38,252 nucleotides of DNA from Octopus bimaculoides. Its lineage: Eukaryota. The stretch is taken from NCBI RefSeq assembly GCF_001194135.2, contig NC_068997.1, positions 40,552,791 through 40,591,042 on the forward strand. Direction: 5' to 3'. The position numbers and the translations under genes were made by a program. Shown here one piece after another: positions 12,101 to 22,721 of this stretch. The notes beneath the pieces were generated by a model. That model did no database searches. It saw only the letters and a list, made by a program, of their open reading frames with translations, and was not told the DNA's origin. How positions within the stretch are numbered: position 1 is the stretch's first letter; every line of letters begins with the position of its first letter.

Positions 12101-13142
12101 TTATAAGGATTTAAGGGTCAGTGTAATAAAATAATTAAATCGAGCCGTTTTGTTGAGGGTTCGGATTAGACTCGTCGAAGAATGTGTTTGTGTCAAGTAA
12201 AAAATAGGGTGGCCATGGTTGTGCTAATTTAATTCAATTGGGAAAGAAAATGAAAAGTTGGATTTGGATGTGATTTGAACTCAAAAAGTTGAGGGACCCA
12301 ATTCCGCTACACCATTCGAAATGGTTGCACACGCTCGGCCTCTTCTCCCACCTGCTGCCCTCTGTTGGGCAAAATTACTTTACGCTATATTTGAGCATGA
12401 TTAGTTATTCTTATAGTAGTCATTATTCTTTAGTATGATGTGAGCTCTTATTGAACAAACCTATATTCAAAGACATTCTATCCACGACCATCTCATCTTT
12501 GCAGATTTACTTTATCTCCAGCTACATAAACCTACATGTCAGTTTTAATAAATTGTATAAACTATTGGGGTTATTTCTCGAAGGTTGGGGAACGTAGGCA
12601 AGTCTCCCCTCATTCATTGACGGCTCGTGTTATCTTAGTAGATGTAACAAAGTTATTGCTGCTGTGATATTTAATAATTAAGTCAGAGTAAACTGTTTTA
12701 TTCTGTTATTTTCTTTGTGAATTCCATTTTAACAAAGAAACAAAAAAAGAAACAAATTGCAAATATATAACGATAATAAATAATTATTTTGTGACAAATC
12801 TGTCGACATTCTTTACAAAAACTGCAACATTCTCTTGAATATTTATATTGGAATGAGCATTTTAATTAAACTGTACGATCAACCGAAATTTAAAATCTTT
12901 GTTACCATGGCAATCCCTGTAGACATGTACTTAGCAAGATTCTAATTTTAGAATTATGAAACAGGTTTCCATTCTAGTTTTTATCTATAAATGCATATCT
13001 ATACAGTTTACTGTTGTTATAAATATTTCCTTGTAATATTCTCTATTAATGTTTGGCAGACATATCGTCATACTCATCCGACATCTAACATACTTTCTAA
13101 CAAATATATTGAGTGCTGTCGCTTCTTTGCTAATACAATTCC

Positions 13143-13230
13143 ATATTTCTGAGATGAGGAATTTGTATTATGTACGCTGCTTACATTAGTCGGAGTGGTG
13201 TCTTCAACTTGATTGTTGCTTTCACTAGGT
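13143..13230 (-). mobile_element. Degenerate remnant of the 3' terminal module of the hammerhead-SINE family
   Basis: atatttctgagatgaggaatt..tgtac..ttacattagtcgga..tgtcttcaacttg aligns with 19214-19280; no hammerhead core retained. Confidence 0.55.
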
Positions 13231-13442
13231 CTATTGTAAATGTCTGGCAGGTTTCCGTTCATTGCTAAAATATTCTTTGTTACCAGAAATTCTATCAGAC
13301 AATTGACATTGCCTGCTATACAGTTTTTTTGTTGATATCAAACATACTGTCATTTAAACAAAATAATTACTGTATATTTTCTGATACCATCAGACGCACT
13401 TTCTATCAAACAAATTGACTGATATATATTTTCTGTTGATAG

Positions 13443-13900
13443 GCACGGGTGAGGGTGTGAGGTAAGAAGTTTGCTTCCCAACCACATGGTTCTGGGGTCA
13501 GTCCCACTGAATGACACCTTGGGCAATTGTCTTCTACTACAGAACTGCTTCGGGCCGACACAAGCCTTGTGAGTGGATTTGGTAGACGAAAAATAAAAGA
13601 AGCCCATCATGTGGATGTGTGTGTGAGTGTGTGTGAGTGTGTGTGTGTGTGTGTATGCGTGCGCGCGTGCGCGCGTGTGTGTATGTGCTTTCCCCACCAC
13701 CGCTTTAATAACCGGTTTCGTGTGTTTACGTCTCCGTAAACACACCCAAGCAGTTCTGCAAAACAGACCGATAGAAGTACCAGGTTTTAAATAAAAGAAA
13801 AAAAAGGCATTTGGCTCAAATTCGACTGCAAATTCTTCAAGAAATTGCCCCAGCATGGTCGCAGTCTAACGACTAAAACAAGTACAAAGATAAAAGATAT
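13443..13900 (+). mobile_element. Full-length CORE-like tRNA SINE with internal (TG)n
   Basis: Head, then ACCTTGGGCAATTG (CORE-like), internal microsatellite, 3' body and an AAAGATAAAAGATA tail. Confidence 0.85.
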
Positions 13901-14264
13901 CACACCTCCTTTCAGTGAAACACATTGATGGCGATATATTTTTAGTTAATGTCTCACTCGCTTTCTATCAATCACATGATATAGCTTACAGTAGTGTTGT
14001 GACAATTTTCTATTTTAGACAACACGAGTGACACGATACTTCGATTGCTTTGGCACAACAACAACATCAGTATCATCATAAACATCAGCAACATCAGTAC
14101 CATCATAATCATCACCACTTTCCCTCTTATTTGTGCTTAAGTGTTGAAGTTCTCTTTCTCTGCACGCATCTTTTATTGTTTAGCCCTAGGTCAACGTTAT
14201 CTGTGTCAACCTATAATTGAAACACGCCAGGCAAGACTAATCTATCTTCTTTTCAGATCATATA

Positions 14265-14451
14265 TTGATTTCAAATTTTGGTACAATGCCAGCAATTTCG
14301 GTGGATAGAGTAATTCGATTACATCAGCCCATGTGATGCTCTGGTATTTATTTTATCGACCTCGAAAGATTGAAGGGCAAAGTCCATCTTGAGCTCAGAA
14401 ATTAAAGACGGACGAAATGCTGCTAAGCATTTTTCCCGGCATCTCGCCGCC
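14265..14451 (-). mobile_element. Meta-like SINE with 15-bp TSD
   Basis: ttttcagatcatata at 14250-14264 and 14457-14471 flanks the copy. Confidence 0.85.
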
Positions 14452-14575
14452 TTTTATTTTCAGATCATATACTGAGCACTCTTAACCATGTGTCCTACCA
14501 TTTTTTCCATCCTGTGTTGATAAAAATGTGATGAACCCTGTCAGTAACTTCAAAGTTAAACACTCCACTGCCGCC

Positions 14576-14779
14576 TACTCTTTTATTCTTTTACATGTTT
14601 CAGTCATTTGACTGCGGCCATGCTGGAGCACCGCCTTTAGTCGAACAAATCGACCCCAGGACTTATTCCTTGTAAGCCTAGTACTTATTCGATCAGTTTC
14701 TTTTTGCCGAACCGCTAAGTTACGGGGACGTAAACACACCAGCATTGGTTGTCCAGATATGTTGGGGGGATAAACACAG

Positions 14780-14814
<35 letters not shown>

Positions 14815-14978
14815 CATATATACGATGGGCTTCTTTCAGTTTCCGTCTACCAATTCCACTCACAAGGCTTTGGTCGGCTCGAGGCTATAGCAGAACACAC
14901 TTGCCCAAAGTGTCACGCAGTAGGACTGAACCCGGAACCATGTGGTTGGTAAGCAAGCTACTTACCACACAGCCACTC
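14576..14978 (-). mobile_element. Full-length, well-preserved CORE-like tRNA SINE with internal (TA)n(TG)n
   Basis: Minus strand starts GAGTGGCTGTGTGGTAAG, has GGTTCAGTCC (B-box-like) and ends AAAAGAATAAAAGAGTA. Confidence 0.9.
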
Positions 14979-15092
14979 CTCACTAAAACCGCATCTCTTA
15001 AAGTGAAGCCCCTCGCCTACCGAACACATTCTCCGTATACTGCTAGAACTTCAATAATCTACCAAATGACCTGCATTATATCATCATTACTT

Positions 15093-15317
15093 CAGGTGAC
15101 GAGTTGTCAGAATCGTTATCACGCCAGGGGAAACGCTTAGCGGCATTTTGGTCCGTCTTCATATTCTAAGTTCCACTTCCGCCGAGATCAACTTTGCTGT
15201 TCATCCTTTCGGAGTTGATGAAATAAGTACCAGTCAAGTAGTGGAATCGATGTAATTAATTACCACCAATTACTCCCACCCAAATTTCAGGCTTTCTCCT
15301 TATAGCAGAAAGGATTA
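15093..15317 (+). mobile_element. Meta-like SINE with alternative tail (..tatagcagaaagga)
   Basis: Homology to 37213-37420 except for the last ~20 nt. Confidence 0.8.
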
Positions 15318-17884
15318 TATCATATTAACTTGCCAATGGTAATCGAATAGCCTCTACTAATAACCAACCAAATATATATGAAATCGCTATATTCTATCAT
15401 ACCAATTACGTTACATTACGATATCTCATGCGATATCATATCTTCACTGTGTGGTGTAAATTATATCCTACAACTATAACAAATTGTCATACATATACAA
15501 TATTATATCATATATATGTGGTATCAAATGACTAAATGATGCAATATTCAACCTCATTAAAACACCTACTATGTTTCACCTACTTATTCCATACCAAAAT
15601 AACTAATGATGCTAGAAGCCAATGTATGATCTGCCAGAAATAGCATCTAAATTCACTGAAATCAAGCTGTATCACCTTAAAAAAAGTAAGTACATTTTAG
15701 ATAATGTAAATCCTAGATTCACTATTTTTGAAAAAGAAAACCGACATATGGTGAGATCGTGGTTACCGCTCGATGATAGCTGTTCCGAGTTATGCAAAGC
15801 TAAGCAAGAGACCTTATACTGCAAGAGCAGCAACCATCCTATGCGGTACTTTACTAATGAGCTAAACTATGTTATATCATAGCATCCGAGTTTGCTTCCC
15901 CTGTCTTTCTTCACCAGAATGAGTCATTGAAATACTGGTTTATTTTCATCATTATAGATGCAATTTTAATCAATTAAAAATGTTTCTTAAATAGATCAAG
16001 TATATTAGCAACCATTTTACTATCAATTCTTTTGTAGCATATAACGAGGGTCGGTTGAAGAGTTAGTATGATGACTTAAATACTTTCATTGAATGTGGCC
16101 AAATCGGGTTTATTTTTCAATATAGTCACACTTAATCTCTCGGTGACTGAAATGTAAATTCACATATTTTTCTAAAATGATGCTTCCGTTTATTACTGTA
16201 TTAAATACATACTATATAGCTACAACAGTCATCAGCCAACATTTAGAAAACATTTGCTCTACGAGTATTTTGTGATTACTAAAATTAATATAAACGGAAA
16301 GTTTTTGATTTTACTAAAATTAATACAAAATAGCAGTTTATAACATATTGCGTCGCCAGATATATTTGGGATTTCGTGGGGATGTCGTGTTTGTTTGTTT
16401 TCTACTTGACACTTCATCATCATATGCCTGAAAAGTGGTACAATTCATTCAGATTTCAAATTAAACAAAAGGTATGCAGGAAGAATAGAATTACAAAAGA
16501 AAAAAAATATATAAAGCACTACGATAAAGATATTTTTCCTGTTAATTCAAATTAAGTACGAGAGCCTTTTGCAAGATTGCAGAGAGAAGGGATGGTAGTT
16601 ATGGGTTTTTCAAGTTCAGGTTGGCTGTAAGGGATTCCCTGCCAAGTCGGTATGGTGGGTGCGTTTAGCCAGTGGAACGAGTGGAAAAGAGCGAGGGGTA
16701 CTATGTGCGTGATGGGAGCGACAAAAGAAAGAGTCTTTTGCTGGATATGGAGCAAGAGAGAGAAGTTTAGTTGGAAGCCAGGAGGAGATGATGAGCAGTG
16801 ATATGACCACTTCTGCTGACCCACCAACGGGAGAGTGTATCGGTTCAGGGTTGAAACACCCGATGATCGTTGGATAGCGAATGATGACATCGGTTCCACT
16901 TTCCCAAAACTCCATTCACTTTGGGGAATGGAAAAGAAGTACCTTTTTCTTGGTGTTATCAACACAGATAACATTGGAAAGAATTCAAATAAACCGAGAA
17001 AGAAAAAAAGCGAACGAGTTTGTCTGACAACCTAATAAATATTTGAATGCATATTATTACATGCATGTTTTTCTTAATATTTATAGAAAATTTTAACATC
17101 GAGATGTAATGTATAACAATAAAAACGTGATGTTTTTCAGTGTCTCACGGATCTCAAATATATGGAGTTTATCTTATGAAGTTCATATATTACACGCGTT
17201 TGGCCATCCCTGCTCTACGCTATTTCAAACCAATAAACTATATATTAATGCAATAATTTATGTTCTTGGTTTCACGCTGGTACAAGGTTCACTTCTGAAA
17301 TAAACTGTTTCATCTTAATCTCAAAATTTAATAGATTTATCTTCCAGGCAGCAATACTTTTAGATTAAGCAACAATTTATACCAATACCATGTTTTTAAC
17401 ATAAGGCTTGATTCATTGATCGAAAGAATTAAGATTCTAAACTGCCCAAGCGTAACTTACGCATAGCCAAGCTAGCTGCAAGGAGGTTAATATTTCTTTA
17501 ACAGAAACTTATTCATCTTTATATACAACAGCTGAGAAGTTCTTCACTCGTCCACTAAATTTCCATTTATATATTGGTAAGGGCATTCACGAAAGAAAGC
17601 AACATTGTAAATAAGCATCAAATATGCACGCACTTAAAATATACATGCTAGATTCCATTCTAGCGTCCAAGCTTTTCCCATTGTCCATTCTGCTCCCCGA
17701 ATAGATTATCTTTTCTTTCACTATGTTAATTTTATAAATTTTATTCTGCCAGTGGTCCTTCTTCTACATGAATAACCAATGAAAAGCCGACACAGATTAA
17801 CGAGAGTCAGTAGCACATTGTAATTTCTCATTGCTGCGTTTTCGAACTACAAGAGGATAGTTGGCATGGTTCACGAATGCAAAA

Positions 17885-18205
17885 TACCTATATGAGTGTA
17901 TGTATGTATACACGTGCGCGTGCACGTGTACGTACACATATACTCATATATACACACACACATACGCACGCGCGCCTATATATATACATGTACGCACACA
18001 TATCAATATGCAGATACACAGATTTACATATAGACATGTATATATATATATATATGCACATACACACATACATACACGCACACACATACAAACACACAAA
18101 CACGCATGTACGCACGCACACGCACATGCGTTCACACATACGTGCGTGAACACGCGCACGCACGCACACACACGCACACACACGCACACACACACACACA
18201 CACAC
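17885..18205. repeat. Compound (CA)n/(TA)n/(CG) microsatellite
   Basis: Directly visible. Confidence 0.95.
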
Positions 18206-18572
18206 TGATTTTTAGCCCTTTGAACACAAGAGTATGCTTTAGCAGAGGTTATTTTGTTTGGTTGTACCCATGAAAAACACGAAAGCGAGTGGCTATATGG
18301 TTTTAGGAGTACGGCTCGCTAATTGGCAGAAAGATTTTAATTTTCAGCCGTAAACACAAAACCATGTGGTCACCCACTTCCGCCTCTTTTAGTGGTGTAA
18401 CCAAACGAAATCGTGTCCTCTAAAGCGTATTCATATTTCAAAGGATTAATGTAAATATTCAAATAAAATCATCTTATAAAACAACAAAACAGACAACTCT
18501 ATATTTTAGAGATGAGGAATTATATACATTATTTACAATGGACGGATAGGTGTCCTCATCGTGTTGTTGTTT

Positions 18573-18618
18573 CCACAACGTTTCGGCTGATGTACTCTCC
18601 ACCCTTCATCGGGTGTTC
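18573..18618 (-). ncRNA. Degenerate minimal type I hammerhead ribozyme motif (core CCGAUGA, U4C)
   Basis: Minus strand reads gaacac-CCGATGA-a-gggtg..cagcc-GAAAC-GTT-gtgg. Confidence 0.4.
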
Positions 18619-18931
18619 TGGTAGAATTTCGAACCCAACCCTTTATTTGACTAATGGTGTACACAGTTCTCATTCCTAAGGTATTCTTTTTTTGCTGAAG
18701 TTATTTTTGGTTGATATTATTTCCCAAGTCCCTGCCTGGGATTGAATTCGAGAGTTAGTAGCGTAGTGGATAAGAGCGCGGGCTGCTAACCCTTGGATTC
18801 TGTGATCAATCCCAGGCAGGGACTTGGGAAATAATATCAACCAAAAATAACATCAGCAAAGAAAGAATACCTTAGGAAAGAGAACAGAATACCCCATTAG
18901 TCAAATAAAGGGTCGGTGCGAAATTCCACCA

Positions 18932-18977
18932 GAACACCTGATGAAGGCTGGAGAGTACACCCGCCGAAATGTTGTGG
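18932..18977 (+). ncRNA. Minimal type I hammerhead ribozyme motif (partly degenerate stems)
   Basis: gaacac-CTGATGA-a-ggctg..ccgcc-GAAAT-GTT-gtgg; core intact, one stem II mismatch, 3-bp stem I. Confidence 0.5.
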
Positions 18978-19285
18978 AAGCAGCAAACAAGGCGAGGACA
19001 GTCATCCGTCCATTGTAAATAATGAACAAAAAAGACTGTAATAATAATATTGGTTTCGAATTTTCGTACAAGGCCAGGAGAGAGTGTAAGTCGATTACAT
19101 CGTCCCAGGTGGTTCACTTGTACCTTTTTTTATCGACCTCAAAAGCACGAAAGGTAAAGTAGACCTCGGCGGAATTTGAACGCAGAAGGTAAAGACAGAC
19201 GAAATGTCATTCTATATTTAAGAGATGAGGAATTATGTACATTATTTACATTTGACGGATATTTGTCCTCATCTTGTCTGTTATT

Positions 19286-19331
19286 AACACAACGTTTCAG
19301 CTGATATACCCTCCAGCCTTCATCAGGTGTC
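19286..19331 (-). ncRNA. Minimal type I hammerhead ribozyme motif
   Basis: Minus strand reads GACAC-CTGATGA-A-GGCTG-gagggtatat-CAGCT-GAAA-CG-TT-GTGTT: 5-bp stem I (GACAC/GUGUU), 5-bp stem II, ACGU palindromic helix III. Folded by eye only. Confidence 0.65.
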
Positions 19332-19375
19332 TTGGGGAAATTTTGAACCTAAGGTATTTTTCGATGTTGTTGTTG

Positions 19376-19433
<58 letters not shown>

Positions 19434-19546
19434 CACCATCATTATTATTATTATTCAGGTCACTGCTTGGAATCGAACTCGGAATCATGGGGTTAGTAGC
19501 CCGCGCTCTTAACCACTACGCTTTAATAATGATGATGATGATAATG

Positions 19547-19582
<36 letters not shown>

Positions 19583-19629
19583 TCGAAAAATACATTAGGA
19601 ATGAGAACTCAGGTTTAAAATTTCCCCAA

Positions 19630-19675
19630 GACACCTGATGAAGGCTGGAGGGCATATCAGCTGAAACGTTGTGTT
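19630..19675 (+). ncRNA. Minimal type I hammerhead ribozyme motif
   Basis: GACAC-CTGATGA-A-GGCTG-gagggcatat-CAGCT-GAAA-CG-TT-GTGTT; predicted cleavage after 19670. Folded by eye only. Confidence 0.65.
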
Positions 19676-19799
19676 AGCAACAAACACGATGAGGACAAAT
19701 ATCCGTCAAATGTAAATAATGTAAATAAGACGAAATGTCGCTAAGCCTTTTGTTCGGTATGTTAACAATTCAGCAAGCTTGCCACCTTGATTATAAGAA

Positions 19800-20640
19800 G
19801 ATTGGTTTCAAATTCTGGCACGGGGCCCACAATTTTGGAGTGGGTTAATTTGATAACATCGACCCCCAGTGTTCAGCTGGTAATTATTTTATCAACACCA
19901 AAAGGAATGAAAGGCAAAGACGAACCCGACGGCATTTGAACTGAGCATTTTGCCCGGCGCAGTAACGATTCCGATGGCTTGTCGCCTTAACTATAATACT
20001 ACTTTCTACCATAGACACAAGGCCTGAAAACTTGAGGGTTGGGCAAGTCGATTACATCGACCTCAGTCCTCAACCGGTACCTATTTTATCGACCCTGAAA
20101 GGACGAAAGGTAAACTCGATCTCTGCGAAATTTAAACTCAATACGTAAAGATGGACGAAATGCCGCTTAGAATTTTGCTCACCACCTTCTCCATACTAAT
20201 AAGACTGGTTTCAAATTTTGGCATAAAGCCAGGACTTTCGAGAGAAGGCGTAAATCGCTTACATCGATCCTAGTGTTTACCTGGTGCTTAGTCTATCGAC
20301 CCTGAAAGGATGTCTCTAATAATAATATTACAACAGGTCTTAAACGTGGCCACCAGACAGAATCGTTAGCACGTCGGGCAAAAGACTTTGTGCCATTTCT
20401 TCCGGTTCTTTACGTTCAGGGTTCAAATTCCGCTGACTACAAATTTGACTTTGTACAATTGTTTTTTGCCCTTCCGAGGACAAAATACCAGTCAAGAACT
20501 GGGATCGATATAATCGACAGCCATCAAATTGTGCACCCAGAAAGATTAAAGTTGTCTTTAGTGACTTTTGAACTTAGAACATGAAGAACCGGAACCAACT
20601 AATGCCGCAAGGATTTCTGTTCGATACTTTAATGATTCTG
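19800..20640. mobile_element. Cluster of about 5 further partial Meta-like SINE copies (19801-19986 -, 20000-20180 -, 20205-20312 -, 20350-20560 +, 20560-20640 -)
   Basis: Recurrent tttcaaatt.tggc, ttttatcgacc and cagaatcgttagcacg motifs. Confidence 0.75.
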
Positions 20641-20699
20641 GCGATCAAGCAACAAATACAACTCTCGTTGTTTGTATTTTAATCTGTATTAATTGTTCA

Positions 20700-21082
20700 G
20701 TGGAGGCGCAATGGCCTAGTGGTTAGGGCAGCCGACTGGCGGTCATAGGATCGCGGTTTCGATTCACAGACCGGGCGCTGTGAGTGTTTATTGAGCGAAA
20801 ACACCTAAAGCTCCGCGAGGCTCCGGCAGGGGATGGTGGCGAACCCTGCTGTACTCTTTCACCACAACTTTCTCTCACTCTTACTTCCTGTTTCTGTTGT
20901 GCCTGTAATTCAAAGGGTCAGCCTTGTCACACTGTGTCACGCTGAATATCCCCGAGAACTATGTTAAGGGTACACGTGTCTGTGGAGTGCTCAGCCACTT
21001 GCACGTTAATTTCATGAGCAGGCTGTTCCGTTGATCGGATCAACTGGAACCTTCGACGTCGTAAGCGACGGAGTGCCAACAC
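20700..21082 (+). mobile_element. Full-length ~380-bp tRNA-derived SINE (third family)
   Basis: GTGGAGGCGCAATGGCCTAGTGG A-box and GGTTTCGATTC B-box; near-identical inverted copy at 31951-32336. Probable TSD attaattgttca / attaaccgttca. Confidence 0.9.
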
Positions 21083-21439
21083 ATTAACCGTTCAAATGAA
21101 ATAACGATCTCCCATAGACTCAATGACAATGTTGATGGTGCGGTTGGGTTTGTATATATTTAGATCGATGCTCGATATTCGATCCGTTTTGTTTATATCG
21201 AAACAATGAGATGTGGTCAACGTCAATATTATTTGACTGTAGAACGTAAAGGAACATAATTAGATACCACGTGATGTTTTGTTCAGTGCTCTACCGATTT
21301 AACCACTTCACTCACTATCAACAGAATATTTAAAAAAAGCCGAAACCCTCTCTCGAAGCCTTTCTCTACATTCATAAAATTAGTACCAGTGAAAGAAAGA
21401 AGTGACAATCACTTTTCGTAGCTCTGTAGATGTAGATGC

Positions 21440-21670
21440 TTGCGTGTGTGTGTGTTTGTGTGCGTGTCTGTGTGCGTGTGTGTGCGTATGTGTGTATTTT
21501 TTATGCGCATGTGTGTGTGTGTAAAGGATAGAGAAAGAGAGAGAGAGAAAGAGAAAGAGAGTAATTTAAATATAGATAGAAAGATAGATTGATACATACA
21601 CACACATACACACATATACATATATACACATGTATACATATGCATACATACATAAACATAGATACTATCA

Positions 21671-21703
<33 letters not shown>

Positions 21704-21722
21704 GCATATAGGTATGAATGTG
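21440..21722. repeat. Compound (TG)n/(GA)n/(CA)n/(TA)n microsatellite
   Basis: Directly visible. Confidence 0.95.
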
Positions 21723-22144
21723 TGTATATTGATATTTGATTGACACTACTAAAAACTGGAGCTGTGTTTTTCGTTTTCTGAGAACAAAGAATTTTTAACG
21801 GCGCCACATCAGAAAATTAAATATTTTCTTAAGCCTAATGGCTCATAGAAACCTGATTTCTGATAAGTTAAATAGATAAGACTAAATTGTCCTGGATAGA
21901 ACGGTAATCCTTGTCAGTTTAATACCCTGACCAAACTGGTTTCCAGACAAAGTGACTAGACGATGCAAATTTGTTTTCAAAAGTTATCTTAACTTGCGTC
22001 TATTAGTAACATACTAAAGCAGTCACTCAGACTTTCTTCCAGTAATTCTTAAACCATCTTTCGGGAGTTACAACAGAAGCTTTCTCGTACCGAAACCTCC
22101 AAGAAATATTCTACGTATTCTGTAATAATTATTTTCAGCCTTTA

Positions 22145-22353
22145 AGGTAGCGAGCTAACAGAATCGTTAGCACGTCGGAGAAAATGCTCAGAGGCTTTTC
22201 TTCCGGTTCTTTACGTTGAGAGTTTGCCGTGTGTCAACTTTGCCTCTTATACCCCGGGAGTCGATAATATAAGTACGAGTCAAGGAAATGCCGATGAAAT
22301 TGACGACCCCTCCCCTCCAAATTCTGGCTTTGTGTCAAAATTAGATAGGATTA
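22145..22353 (+). mobile_element. Diverged Meta-like SINE
   Basis: cagaatcgttagcacg head, gtcgataatataagtac core and ctggctttgtgtcaaaatt tail. Confidence 0.75.
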
Positions 22354-22721
22354 TTTTTTATTCTTTCTAAATCATTTCTAGCCTCGAAAGCAACAAACCC
22401 AAATTTTCAAACCCGTTGTTCTTTGGAGGATTTGAGAAAATAACGAAGGTAACTCACATACACAAAAAATAATAATCGCCTAGCTCACTGCTAAAGCTCG
22501 TGTTGAATACTGAGGAAGCTCTTCGCACTTATGTTACATATCTGTGTGAGCTTGTCTATTGTGAACACAAGTGAATACAAGTGATTTCCTCTGTGTTTAA
22601 TATAGGGTTTTGACAATCTAGTCAAGGCACTTACACTGAGAGACGAAAGTTGGACTTACCTCGCTCGACTAGTAGAATAAAAAATATCTTTAGGAACGTT
22701 CTAAGTTTGTTAATTATATAT

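Larger units (their letters stand above)
18495..19024. mobile_element. Fold-back tRNA-headed element with hammerhead-type tail, copy 1
   Basis: Inverted arms of ~240 bp around a tRNA-like head (18761-18825, + strand). Near-TSD aacaaaacagac at 18483-18494 and aacaaaaaagac at 19025-19036. Confidence 0.8.
19209..19727. mobile_element. Fold-back tRNA-headed element with hammerhead-type tail, copy 2
   Basis: Perfect 12-bp TSD agacgaaatgtc (19197-19208 and 19728-19739). tRNA-like head on the minus strand at 19456-19521 (GCGTAGTGGTTAAGAGC A-box, GAGTTCGATTCC B-box). Inverted arms with (AAT)n spacers. Confidence 0.88.
19050..19786 (-). mobile_element. Meta-like SINE interrupted by the fold-back element at 19209-19727
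   Basis: SINE sequence stops at gacgaaatgtc (19208) and resumes after the duplicated agacgaaatgtc with gctaagcc...gccacc (19786). Confidence 0.85.

Noticed and set aside
15622-15882. 86-aa ORF in unique sequence
   Set aside because: No recognisable family; the internal splice-like sites are too close together to define an intron.
18495-19727. Reading the fold-back elements as DNA MITEs, and CRISPR-like readings of any repeats
   Set aside because: The ~12-bp locus-specific TSDs, unequal arm ends and internal Pol III head point to retroposition. No regular repeat-spacer array exists, and the DNA is eukaryotic.
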